In this document: piece after piece, positions 28,155-37,243 of the stretch
Numbering within the stretch: the first letter of the stretch is position 1
Layout of the letters: the number at the start of each line of letters is the position of its first letter
DNA from: Intestinimonas butyriciproducens
Lineage (GTDB): Bacteria; Bacillota; Clostridia; Oscillospirales; Butyricicoccaceae
Direction of reading: 5' to 3'
NCBI RefSeq assembly: GCF_016901775.1
Contig: NZ_JACJKW010000004.1
Span: forward strand, 1 to 64,000
Length of the DNA stretch: 64,000 bases
Position numbers and translations under genes: made by a program
Notes under the pieces: model-generated
Told to the model about the DNA's origin: nothing
Database searches by the model: none
The model's input: only the letters and a program-made list of their open reading frames with translations

Positions 28155-29270
28155 ATGTCCAAAGTACTGGGATTTTTCCGGCGGGAGCCGGTGCTGTCCA
28201 TTGCGGCCCTGGCCGCGGTGATCACGGCCTTTTTTGCCCCATTTTCCCTGAAGGCCATAGGGGAAGCCATCGACTGGCGGGTGCTGGCCCTTCTCTTCTG
28301 CCTGATGGCGGTGGTGCAGGGCCTGGAAGGGGCCGGGCTGTTTGAAAAATTGGCCCAGAATGCCATCCGGCGGGCCGGGAGCCTACGGGGACTATGCGCC
28401 GTTTTGGTGCTTTTGTGCTTCTTTTCCTCCATGCTGGTGACAAACGATGTAGCCCTTCTGACCTTTGTTCCTTTCGCCGTGCTGGTCCTCAAGGGAGCGG
28501 GCTTTGAAAAGCACCTTTTGTATGTGGTGGTGCTCCAGACGGCGGCAGCCAACCTGGGAAGTATGGCCACTCCGGTGGGCAATCCCCAGAACCTTTTCCT
28601 TTTCTCCCGCTACCAGATGAGCGCCCCCATGTTTTTTTCCCGTGTTCTGCCGGTGGCCGGGCTTTCCCTTCTTTTGCTGCTTCTTCTGCTGCTGCCCATT
28701 CCCCGGGGCCGCCTTTCGGTGCAGAGCGGCCAGAGTCCCCGGCCTCTTTCCTTCAAAAGCATCCTGCCCTATGGCATCCTCTTTGCCCTGTGCCTGTGCA
28801 CCGTTTTGCATCTGGTGCCCTATCCCATCACCTTTTTGCTGGTGCTTTTCTATCTTGCCGCCAAAGACCGTCCCATCCTGCGCCGTGTGGACTACGGCCT
28901 GCTTCTGACCTTTGTGTTCTTTTTCCTCTTTGTGGGCAATCTGGGGGCCATTCCCCCGGTGAAGCAGGCGCTGTATCAGGCCATTCAGGGCCGGGAGATG
29001 ATCGCCTGCACCCTGATGAGCCAGGTGATCAGCAATGTGCCCGCCGCTGTGCTGCTTTCCGGCTTCACCGAAAAGGGCGGCGCGCTGCTGCTGGGCTCCA
29101 ACCTGGGAGGGCTGGGCACGCTGGTGGCCTCCCTGGCCAGCCTGATCTCCTTCCGCATTTACGGCAAAGCCCAGCCGGAGCAAAAGGGCCGGTATCTTCT
29201 GCTTTTCACCCTGGTGAATGTGCTGCTGCTCCTGTTGCTGCTTCCTCTGTGCCTGCTGCTGGACCGGTAA
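28155..29270 (+). CDS. ArsB/NhaD-superfamily anion permease (citrate-transporter-like).
   Basis: 371 aa polytopic membrane protein with two homologous halves. Confidence 0.65.
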   Translation: MSKVLGFFRREPVLSIAALAAVITAFFAPFSLKAIGEAIDWRVLALLFCLMAVVQGLEGAGLFEKLAQNAIRRAGSLRGLCAVLVLLCFFSSMLVTNDVALLTFVPFAVLVLKGAGFEKHLLYVVVLQTAAANLGSMATPVGNPQNLFLFSRYQMSAPMFFSRVLPVAGLSLLLLLLLLLPIPRGRLSVQSGQSPRPLSFKSILPYGILFALCLCTVLHLVPYPITFLLVLFYLAAKDRPILRRVDYGLLLTFVFFFLFVGNLGAIPPVKQALYQAIQGREMIACTLMSQVISNVPAAVLLSGFTEKGGALLLGSNLGGLGTLVASLASLISFRIYGKAQPEQKGRYLLLFTLVNVLLLLLLLPLCLLLDR

Positions 29271-29275
29271 ACACA

Positions 29276-29301
29276 AAAAGCGCCCTTTGGGCGCTTTTTG
29301 T
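29276..29301. terminator. Bidirectional terminator AAAAAGCGCCCtttGGGCGCTTTTT (left copy of a duplicated 25-mer).
   Basis: Identical 25-mer at 29946-29972. Confidence 0.75.
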
Positions 29302-29498
29302 TATTGCTCCACTGTAAAAATTTCTTCAATGGACACCCCAAACACCTTGGCAATGTTCCAGGCCAGCACCAAAGAAGGGTTATATCGTCCCTTCTCCAGA
29401 TTTCCTATGGTCTCCCGCCGGACTCCCACCAGTTTTGCCAGTTCTTCCTGCTTCATGTTGTGACGGGCCCGATATTCTTTGATCCTATTTCTGATCAC
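29301..29498 (-). CDS. XRE-family (Cro/C1-type) HTH transcriptional regulator, about 65 aa.
   Basis: HTH motif [27 protein letters not shown] start at 29498 with GGGGG RBS. An alternative ATG lies at 29528. Confidence 0.75.
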   Translation of the reverse strand: MIRNRIKEYRARHNMKQEELAKLVGVRRETIGNLEKGRYNPSLVLAWNIAKVFGVSIEEIFTVEQ

Positions 29499-29856
29499 AT
29501 TCCAGCCCCCATCTCTCTTTGAATCCATAATAGGCAGCAGACAAGGCGTACACCACCACAGACACGATCCATCCCCAAGCCAGGCCGGTGATCAGCGCCT
29601 TGTTCTCTTTCTGGGAAGCCAGGAAGAAGGCGCCCAACGAAACCAGAGCCATCGCAATCATACCGCAATAAAAGGCTCGGGAAGCCGACCGGTCCATATA
29701 TTCTTCCAACATCTCATCTGACTGAACAAAGAAATATTCAAAATTCACCGCAAAGGCAAAAAAAGATAAAAAAGCTTTTGACTCGGTAAACAAACCAATC
29801 AATCCCAGAAGAGAAAGCAACCCCATCATGCCATACAGTATGCGTCTTGATTTCAT
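29485..29856 (-). CDS. DUF3796-like small membrane protein; partner of the XRE regulator.
   Basis: 123 aa, 4 TM segments. ATG at 29856 with AGGAGG RBS. Overlaps the XRE start by 14 nt. The ORF track begins upstream at 29913. Confidence 0.65.
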   Translation of the reverse strand: MKSRRILYGMMGLLSLLGLIGLFTESKAFLSFFAFAVNFEYFFVQSDEMLEEYMDRSASRAFYCGMIAMALVSLGAFFLASQKENKALITGLAWGWIVSVVVYALSAAYYGFKERWGLECDQK

Positions 29857-29874
29857 AGAAATGCCTCCTTTGAT

Positions 29875-29915
29875 ATGTGGTATATTTCTATCTTTATGAT
29901 ATAAATATACCACAT
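29875..29915. promoter_or_regulatory. Perfect 11-bp inverted repeat ATGTGGTATAT(N19)ATATACCACAT in the AT-rich promoter region of the DUF3796-XRE pair; candidate operator.
   Basis: Read directly. 19-59 nt upstream of the DUF3796 start. Confidence 0.5.
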
Positions 29916-29945
29916 TTATTTCTTATGATCAAGACTATATTGGTC

Positions 29946-29974
29946 CTTATGAAAAAAAGCGCCCTTTGGGCGCT
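29946..29974. terminator. Second copy of the terminator AAAAAGCGCCCtttGGGCGCTTTTT (right flank of the XRE cassette, downstream of the EamA gene).
   Basis: Identical 25-mer to 29277-29301. Confidence 0.7.
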
Positions 29975-29977
29975 TTT

Positions 29978-30826
29978 TTATATTTCCTTTTTCAGACTGC
30001 CCCAGATGGCGCAGGCAAAGACCAGGCTGCCCCCCAGCACTTCCCGGAGAGATGGGATCTCTCTCAAAAACAAAGCCGCCAGCAAAATGCCGTATACCGG
30101 CTCCAGGCAGGAAACCACGCTGGCCGTCTGGGCCCGGATGGTGCGCAGGCTGCCGATAAAGAGGGTATGGGACAGAGCGGTGAACACCACTCCCAGCAGC
30201 AAAAGTCCGCCCCAATCGGAAAGAGAGAGGGCAGGACGCAGCCACAAAAAGCAAGGAGTTAAAATCACCGCTGCCCACATCTGTTCCCAGAAGGAGACCA
30301 TGGCCGCGGGAAAGTTTCCCACCCATTTCTGATTGAACAGCCCCAGCAGAGCATAGCTGAAACCGGACAAAAGCCCCCACAAGGCCCCCAGCCACAGCGT
30401 TCCCTCCCCTTCCAGAGGCGTGGCCAGCAAAATGCCGCCGAAGGCCACAAAAGCCAGCACCACATCCCCTCCCCGGGGCTTTTTCCCGGTAAAGAGGGGC
30501 TCCAGAAAGGTGACGAATAGGGGGAAGGCCGAAAAAGAGATCAGACCCATGGCCACAGTGGACACCTGAATGGCCTGATAAAAAGTGCTCCAGTGAAAGG
30601 CCAGCAATGCGCCCAAGGCAGCCAGGGCCGCCTTGGTGCGCCCCGGCACAGCCCAGGGGTTTTCTCCCCGGATCTTCAGCCAAAGAAGGAGAGACAGGGC
30701 GGAAAAAACCACCCTGCCCCAGGTGATGATCAGGGAATGCTGGCGTATCACCTTGCCGAACAGCCCTGAAAGGCCAAAGAGCAGCACCGCCATATGGAGC
30801 TGCCAGAGCCCCGGCCGTTTTTTCAT
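29978..30826 (-). CDS. EamA/DMT-family transporter.
   Basis: 282 aa, 10 TM segments, two EamA repeats. Confidence 0.8.
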   Translation of the reverse strand: MKKRPGLWQLHMAVLLFGLSGLFGKVIRQHSLIITWGRVVFSALSLLLWLKIRGENPWAVPGRTKAALAALGALLAFHWSTFYQAIQVSTVAMGLISFSAFPLFVTFLEPLFTGKKPRGGDVVLAFVAFGGILLATPLEGEGTLWLGALWGLLSGFSYALLGLFNQKWVGNFPAAMVSFWEQMWAAVILTPCFLWLRPALSLSDWGGLLLLGVVFTALSHTLFIGSLRTIRAQTASVVSCLEPVYGILLAALFLREIPSLREVLGGSLVFACAIWGSLKKEI

Positions 30827-30829
30827 GGT

Positions 30830-32155
30830 TTAGCCCTTCTTCTTTTCCAAAAATGCATAGACCGGCAGACCGATCACCGTCAGACCAATGCCCACCAGCG
30901 ACTGGATGGGATCGGAGATCACCGTGCTGACGAGGATATAGATGGCTCCCAGCGCACCCACAATGGGCACCACCGGATAGAGGGGCACCTGATAGGGGCC
31001 TTTTTTGTCCGGGTGTTTTTTCCGCAGGATAAAGACGCCCAGAACACCCATGGTAAAGAAGATCCACAGCACAAAGACCAGCAGGTCAGTGAGGGTGTTG
31101 AAGGAGCCGGACAGGATATAGATGGCCGCCAGAGCGCACTGGAAGATCAGAGCGCTGGCCGGTGTACCGTATTTGGGATGCAGAGCGCCCAGGACCCGGC
31201 TGAACGGCAGCTGGCCCCGCTGGCCCATGGCCAGAGGCACCCGGGCCGCCGTCATGGTATAGCCATTCATGGCGCCGAACACCGACACCATAATGCCGGC
31301 GGTGATAAATGCGGCGCCTTTTTCGCCGAACAGCACCACTGCTGCCGCAGCGCCGGGCGTTGCCGCACCGGCCACCTGGTCATAAGGCAGCACCATAAAG
31401 ACCGCCAGATTGAAGACCACATACACCGCCACCACAAACAAAACGCCGAAAGAAATGACCCGAGGCAGATCCTTGCCCGGATTTTTCAGTTCTCCCGCCA
31501 TATTGGTCACGCCGATCCAGCCGTCATAGGCCCACAAAGTACCCAGAATAGCAGCCCCCAGTCCGGCTGCACCGGCAGAGGTTCCCGCGGCCCAATTCAG
31601 CTCGCCGCCGGAAAGAAGGCCGAAGGCAATAATGGCCGCCACCGGGATCAGCTTGCCGAAGGTGGCCACCGTCTGGATGATGCCGCCATATTTTGTGGAC
31701 AGAATATTCATCCACAGCACAAAAGCCATCACACAAATGGCCAGAGCCTTCTGCTGCCAGGGGCCCATGGGAAAAAATACCGCCGCATAGGTGGCAAAGG
31801 CAATGGCCTGGGCGGCAATGGAAGCCGGATAGGAAATCACCGACTGAACCCATCCCAGGAGGAATCCCCATTTTTTGCCATACAGTTCCTCCAGATATAC
31901 ATACAATCCTCCGGTCTTGGGGATGGCCGAAGCGATCTCCGCCACCGACAAAGCCGCAGCCAGCGTGATAATGCCGCCAGCCGCCCAGGCGATCAAAGCC
32001 ATCGGCAGACTCCCGGCGCTTTCCAGCACCACGCCGGGCTTGAGGAAGATGCCGCTGCCGATGATCATGCCCACCACAATGGCCAGGGCTTCCAAAAAGG
32101 TTACTGATTTTTTCAGCTGTCCCTCCGAAGAGTGTCCATTTTCTTTTTTTCTCAT
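30830..32155 (-). CDS. APC-family amino acid permease.
   Basis: About 441 aa, 12 TM segments. Start at 32155 (RBS AGGAGAGGG) or at 32185 as in the ORF track. Confidence 0.75.
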   Translation of the reverse strand: MRKKENGHSSEGQLKKSVTFLEALAIVVGMIIGSGIFLKPGVVLESAGSLPMALIAWAAGGIITLAAALSVAEIASAIPKTGGLYVYLEELYGKKWGFLLGWVQSVISYPASIAAQAIAFATYAAVFFPMGPWQQKALAICVMAFVLWMNILSTKYGGIIQTVATFGKLIPVAAIIAFGLLSGGELNWAAGTSAGAAGLGAAILGTLWAYDGWIGVTNMAGELKNPGKDLPRVISFGVLFVVAVYVVFNLAVFMVLPYDQVAGAATPGAAAAVVLFGEKGAAFITAGIMVSVFGAMNGYTMTAARVPLAMGQRGQLPFSRVLGALHPKYGTPASALIFQCALAAIYILSGSFNTLTDLLVFVLWIFFTMGVLGVFILRKKHPDKKGPYQVPLYPVVPIVGALGAIYILVSTVISDPIQSLVGIGLTVIGLPVYAFLEKKKG

Positions 32156-32323
32156 ATCCCTCTCCTCTTTACTTGCTTTTTTCATTTTTCTCTTTATCAG
32201 ATCAAATAATTCATATTATTATATCAAATAATGCATATGTTTTCCAATCGTTTTTTCAATAAAATGAATAAAAGACAAAAATTCCCCCTTTTCCCTAAAA
32301 AATGCAAGGAAAAGGGGGGGCTA

Positions 32324-32779
32324 TTATTTGTGATATTTGCTTCCTGCGGCGATGGAAAAAGCCCGGTAGATCTGTTCCAGCACCATCACCCGGGCCAGGT
32401 GGTGGGGAAAGGTCATGGGGGACATGGACAGACGCAGCCCGGCTCTTTTTTTCACCTTGTCCGAAAGGCCCTCGGAAGAGCCGATGACAAAGCACAGGCG
32501 GGAAATGCCGCTGTTTTGCCATTTTTCCATTTTCCGGCTCAGCTCCTGGCTGCTCATCTCTTCCCCTTCGATGCACATGGCCACCACATAGCTCTGGGGA
32601 GGAATGGCGGCCAGAATCTTTTCCCCCTCCCGCTCCAAACCGCCGGGTCGGGTATCCTCGGGAATCTCCAGCACCTCCAGACGGCAAAAAGAGCTCAGCC
32701 GCTTCTGGTATTCCTGGCAGGCTTTCAGGTAAAAATCTTCCTTCAGCTTGCCGGCACAAATCAGTTTGACCCCTGTCAT
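32324..32779 (-). CDS. rlmH: 23S rRNA (pseudouridine1915-N3)-methyltransferase RlmH.
   Basis: SPOUT-family sequence. ATG at 32779 overlaps the upstream stop (ATGA). The ORF track begins upstream at 32965. Confidence 0.85.
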   Translation of the reverse strand: MTGVKLICAGKLKEDFYLKACQEYQKRLSSFCRLEVLEIPEDTRPGGLEREGEKILAAIPPQSYVVAMCIEGEEMSSQELSRKMEKWQNSGISRLCFVIGSSEGLSDKVKKRAGLRLSMSPMTFPHHLARVMVLEQIYRAFSIAAGSKYHK

Positions 32780-33567
32780 CCGGCCGCCCTCCCTTTTCCG
32801 GAAAGGGACAGAAGGGCCTTGTGGGGCGCCACCTGCACCTGCACCTGCTCCCAAAGCCCTGCCTGCCGCAGCGCCCGCTCTGTCTCTTCCAGCGCCCATT
32901 CCGGCCGGTTGTTGTGCTCGCTCAGATGGGCCAGGATCACCTTTTGCAGCCCGTATTTTCCCCATTCTGCCACCGCCTGGGCCGCATCGTCATTGGACAA
33001 ATGCCCCTGGGCAGACAGGATCCGCCGCTTGAGATAATAAGGGTATTCCCCGTTTTTCAGCTGATATACATCGTGGTTGGATTCCAGAAACACCGTCTCG
33101 GCTCCCCGCAGGGTTTCAAACACCCCGGCAGGCAAATGCCCCAGGTCGGTGCAATAGCCCAGTTTTCCCTCCTGGGTCTCCAGCAGAAAGCCGCAGCTGC
33201 CCGGGCAGTCATGGGGGGTGAGGAAGGGAGTGATGCGCACCTCCCCAAGCCAGAAGGGGGCGTCGGGCTCCACGATCTCCAGCCGGTCATGGGCGCACTT
33301 TTCTTTCAGCCCCTCCACGGTGGGGGCCGTGGCATGGATGGGCGCCCGGCAGTGCTTGGTCAGCACCGGCAGAGCGCTGATATGGTCGGAATGGGTGTGG
33401 GTGATGAGCACATCGGTAATATCACCCAAAGCGATGCCCAGCTGGGACAGGGCATTGCGGATGTACTTGGTGTTGGTGCCCCCATCGATGAGCAGGGTGC
33501 GCCCTCCCCCCCGGAACACCGAACAGTTCCCCGAAGAGGAACTGGCCAGGCTGTAAAACTGGGTCAT
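32776..33567 (-). CDS. MBL-fold metallo-hydrolase, WalJ/YycJ-like.
   Basis: HxHxDH motif THTHSDH. Position after yycI and before rlmH. Confidence 0.8.
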   Translation of the reverse strand: MTQFYSLASSSSGNCSVFRGGGRTLLIDGGTNTKYIRNALSQLGIALGDITDVLITHTHSDHISALPVLTKHCRAPIHATAPTVEGLKEKCAHDRLEIVEPDAPFWLGEVRITPFLTPHDCPGSCGFLLETQEGKLGYCTDLGHLPAGVFETLRGAETVFLESNHDVYQLKNGEYPYYLKRRILSAQGHLSNDDAAQAVAEWGKYGLQKVILAHLSEHNNRPEWALEETERALRQAGLWEQVQVQVAPHKALLSLSGKGRAAG

Positions 33568-33653
33568 ACTGTCCTTCCTTGTCTTTCAAAAACAGCGGCG
33601 GCACGGAAAACCCGCGCCGCCGGAACCAATCATTTCTGCTTGTCCTTTGCCTT

Positions 33654-34955
33654 TCACCGGGCCATGGGCACCGCATCCTCCTCGGACACCGTTACCCGGC
33701 GGATGTCGGCTCCCAGCCCCTGGAGTTTTTCCACAATGTTGTCATAGCCCCGCTCGATATAAGCGATCTCTTCCACCTCGGTGACGCCCTTGGCGGCCAG
33801 ACCGGCGATGACCATGGCGGCCCCGGCCCGCAGATCGCAGGAGCGCACCTTGGCACCGGTGAGCTCGCTCACCCCTTCGATGATGGCCACTTTGCCGTCC
33901 ACCTGGATTTTGGCTCCCATCCGCCGCAGCTCTTCCACATAGCGGTAGCGGTTGTCCCACACCCCTTCGGTGATGACGCTGGTGCCTTCGGCCAGACACA
34001 AAGCGGCGGCCAGCTGGGGCTGCATATCGGTGGGGAAGCCCGGATAGGGCAGGGTTTTGATGTTGATGCGCCGCAGGGGCTCTGTACGGCTGACCCGCAC
34101 GGCGTCGTCCATCTCTTCCACCTGGGCGCCCATCTCAATGAGTTTTGCGGTGATGCATTCCAGGTGCTTGGGGATCACATTGCGCACCAGCACGCTGCCG
34201 CCGGTGGCCATGACAGCGGCCATATAGGTGCCCGCTTCGATCTGATCGGGGATCACCGAATAGGTTCCGCCATGGAGCTCTTTCACCCCCCGGATCTTGA
34301 TCACATCGGTACCGGCGCCCATGATCTCAGCGCCCATGGCGTTGAGGAAATTGGCCAGGTCCACGATATGGGGTTCTTTGGCGGCGTTTTCGATCACCGT
34401 CTGGCCTTCGGCCAAAGTGGCGGCCAGCATGATGTTCATGGTGGCACCCACCGATACCACATCCAGATAGATGCTGGTGCCCCGCAGGCCCTGGGGGGCC
34501 TGGGCATAGACAAAACCGTTTTTCACGCTGACCTGGGCGCCCAGGGCTTCAAAGCCCTTCACATGCTGATCGATGGGGCGCACCCCGCCGAAATTACAGC
34601 CGCCGGGCATGGCCACTTCGGCCTTGTGATAGCGGCCCAGCAGGGTGCCGATCAGATAATAGGAAGCCCGCATTTTCCGCATCAGGTCCTCCGGCGTGCG
34701 GATGTTGCGCATATGGCGGCAGTCGATCTCCACCGTGGTGGGATTCATGCTGCGCACCTGGGCCCCCATCTGCTGAAGGATCTCCAGCTGGATGATCACA
34801 TCGCTGACCTGAGGTACATTTTCGATGCGGCAGACGCCGTTGACCAAAATGGTGGCCGGTATAATGGCCACAACGGCATTCTTGGCGCCGCTGACGGTCA
34901 CTTCGCCCCGCAGCGGCTTATTCCCATTGATGACAAATTTATCCAAAATCCTCAT
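33654..34955 (-). CDS. murA: UDP-N-acetylglucosamine 1-carboxyvinyltransferase.
   Basis: 433 aa, MurA sequence throughout (MRILDKFVINGNKPLRGEV...). Confidence 0.9.
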   Translation of the reverse strand: MRILDKFVINGNKPLRGEVTVSGAKNAVVAIIPATILVNGVCRIENVPQVSDVIIQLEILQQMGAQVRSMNPTTVEIDCRHMRNIRTPEDLMRKMRASYYLIGTLLGRYHKAEVAMPGGCNFGGVRPIDQHVKGFEALGAQVSVKNGFVYAQAPQGLRGTSIYLDVVSVGATMNIMLAATLAEGQTVIENAAKEPHIVDLANFLNAMGAEIMGAGTDVIKIRGVKELHGGTYSVIPDQIEAGTYMAAVMATGGSVLVRNVIPKHLECITAKLIEMGAQVEEMDDAVRVSRTEPLRRINIKTLPYPGFPTDMQPQLAAALCLAEGTSVITEGVWDNRYRYVEELRRMGAKIQVDGKVAIIEGVSELTGAKVRSCDLRAGAAMVIAGLAAKGVTEVEEIAYIERGYDNIVEKLQGLGADIRRVTVSEEDAVPMAR

Positions 34956-35161
34956 TCTCCCGGCAGTGTATTCCAGTTGCTCCCTTGCAAGATGCCGCCT
35001 GGGGCGGCAAGAAGAACGACAGAGCTGCGTTCATCAAAAATTTACTGTTGTTTTATATATTTTACCACAGTCCGCTCAGAATGAAAAACAAAATCCCGCA
35101 GATTTTCACCTAAGTTTTCACCAATCCCCAGGGCCGATCCTTGTGCACAATGATCAAAGGC

Positions 35162-35950
35162 TCATTCCACTGGGTTTTCCCCCGTGTCCACCGTGAAACT
35201 TTTTCCTCCCGCTTCCACCTGCCAGACGGGAAAAAGCAGATAGTTGCCGTTGCCCTGATCCCGCAGGCGATAGCTTTCCCGGGCGCTTTCCGGGGGCTGG
35301 GAAAAGCCTTCCTCCCGCCACAGACGGCGCAGGTTCACCACCATCTGATAGCTTTTGGCCCCTTCGCCCACCTGGCGGAGCTGAGGATCCATCAGCCACC
35401 GGCCCTCGGCCACAAGGCTATTTCCCTTCTTCCGGCAGGTGAGGGTGCATTCCATCAGCTCTTCCCCCGAGGGCATTCCCTGGAAAAAGGTCACCCGATC
35501 CCCTTCTTCCTCCCGGCGGCAGTTGCCCATGGGAAAACCGGCTTTTTCCAAAAGCTCTTCCCATTCTTCCCCTGTGAGGGAGGACTCCGTAAACAGTTCC
35601 AGCCGCACTTCTCCCCCGGTGTAAAAAGCCAGGGTGCCCTCTTCCGAAGAAAACCGGGAGACGCCGCCGTCGGTATCGCTTTTTTCGGTGCCCAGAAGGG
35701 CCTGGGCCGCTTTCTTTTCCAAGGCGGTATCCCGGCTTGCGGCATACACCGGCCGCTGGGTGCCCAGGCTTCGGAAAATGTCTTCGTCAAACTCTCCCAC
35801 ATCCTCCTGCAGCAGGGAAAGGGCCTGATCCATGGCCTGACGCTGCTGGGCCCAGCCGTGGCTCACCTGCCACAGAAGATTCCCCGCCAAAAACAGATTG
35901 GTGCAGATGAGCACAATGAGCAAAATGGTTTTGGCCCGGCTCCATTCCAT
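35162..35950 (-). CDS. yycI: YycI / WalI-like regulator of WalK.
   Basis: N-terminal TM segment plus extracellular domain. Located 3' of yycH. Confidence 0.65.
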   Translation of the reverse strand: MEWSRAKTILLIVLICTNLFLAGNLLWQVSHGWAQQRQAMDQALSLLQEDVGEFDEDIFRSLGTQRPVYAASRDTALEKKAAQALLGTEKSDTDGGVSRFSSEEGTLAFYTGGEVRLELFTESSLTGEEWEELLEKAGFPMGNCRREEEGDRVTFFQGMPSGEELMECTLTCRKKGNSLVAEGRWLMDPQLRQVGEGAKSYQMVVNLRRLWREEGFSQPPESARESYRLRDQGNGNYLLFPVWQVEAGGKSFTVDTGENPVE

Positions 35951-35953
35951 GGC

Positions 35954-37243
35954 TTATCCCTCCTTCACCGGCGCGTAGCTGAGATAGGGAGTGAGCTTGC
36001 CCTCCTGCAAAGCGTAGCGGCACTGAAGCCGCACCGGCCCGTTTCCCTCCATGGCCGCGGCCGCCAGAGAATAGGGCAAAATCCTCCGCTCTCCCGTCTG
36101 GGTCAGGGACAAAAGGCTCATCTCCATGGAGACGATGACCCCTTCCTGCACATGGATGGTCACCTGCTGGGAGGAAAGGGGCACCCCCGCGGCCCGGCAG
36201 GAAAACAGAATGGTATATTCTTCCTCTCCCGCTCCCTTCTCCACCCTTTTGAGGGACAGATCCAAAGGCGAGCCCGCGCTGTCCAGAGCGTCCTGGGCCA
36301 CCTGCCAGCCCCGGCCGATCAGCCCCACCAGGGTGTTTTCTGCATTTTCTCCTTCCAGGCCCTCGCCGCCGTCCACGGTAAACTGCACCGTTCCGTCTCC
36401 GCTGAGGCGCAGGGAATAGTTGCCCTGGACAAACACCGCCATCTCTTCTCCGGCGGCATAGCGCTTGGCCAGATAGGGGTTCATGGAAAAGCACTCCAAC
36501 AGCGCCCGGGGCATTTCTCCCCCGCTGACGGCGCCGGTGACCACCTCGGCCACTTTGCATTCATACACCGGCAGCTTGACGGCGCTGCCGGATACCGGCT
36601 GATCGGGGGCCAGCACCGACAGATTGGGATCTTCCATGGCAAAATAGGAACCGTCCGGACTGCATTCTTCCAAAGCTGTCCGGAGTTTTTCGCTGGCCGC
36701 GGCGGTGGCAAACCGGAACCATGCACCCTCCTCGGTCTCCAGAAGCAAGTCCACTCTGTCCTCTTCCGCCAAAAGCACCAGGCGGGAAAAGGCCAGCGCA
36801 TCCTCCCCCGGGGAGGCTCCGCTCCAGGAGCGCATGGCTGTCAGGGGCACCAGGCCGTCATATTCCAGCAAAAACCCCTGTTCTTCCCAAAGGACACGGT
36901 GATAGTCTTGCCGATCCATGGCCTTTTTTTCACTCATGGAGCCCAAAGCTTCCTCCAGCGTGGGCCGCAGCAGAGTGTAGATGGCCGACACCGGCTGCTG
37001 GGTGTAGGCGTAGTACAGATCCCCTTTCTGAAAGGCCGACACCGCCAGAGGATAGGCGGCAGGATCGCTTTGTTCCTCCTGCACCTGGCTGACGGTATTT
37101 TCTCCCCGCAGCCACCGGGACAGGGTGTAAAGAGGGCCCAGAGAAGGGTCCATGCTCACCCCCAGGGACACCGAAAGGGTGAACAGCACCCCCATCAGAA
37201 GGCCATTTGCAATCAGTGCCGCCGTTTTGATCTTTTCTTTCAT
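35954..37243 (-). CDS. yycH: YycH / WalH-like regulator of WalK.
   Basis: N-terminal TM segment, 429 aa. Its start overlaps the walK stop (ATGA). Confidence 0.65.
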   Translation of the reverse strand: MKEKIKTAALIANGLLMGVLFTLSVSLGVSMDPSLGPLYTLSRWLRGENTVSQVQEEQSDPAAYPLAVSAFQKGDLYYAYTQQPVSAIYTLLRPTLEEALGSMSEKKAMDRQDYHRVLWEEQGFLLEYDGLVPLTAMRSWSGASPGEDALAFSRLVLLAEEDRVDLLLETEEGAWFRFATAAASEKLRTALEECSPDGSYFAMEDPNLSVLAPDQPVSGSAVKLPVYECKVAEVVTGAVSGGEMPRALLECFSMNPYLAKRYAAGEEMAVFVQGNYSLRLSGDGTVQFTVDGGEGLEGENAENTLVGLIGRGWQVAQDALDSAGSPLDLSLKRVEKGAGEEEYTILFSCRAAGVPLSSQQVTIHVQEGVIVSMEMSLLSLTQTGERRILPYSLAAAAMEGNGPVRLQCRYALQEGKLTPYLSYAPVKEG

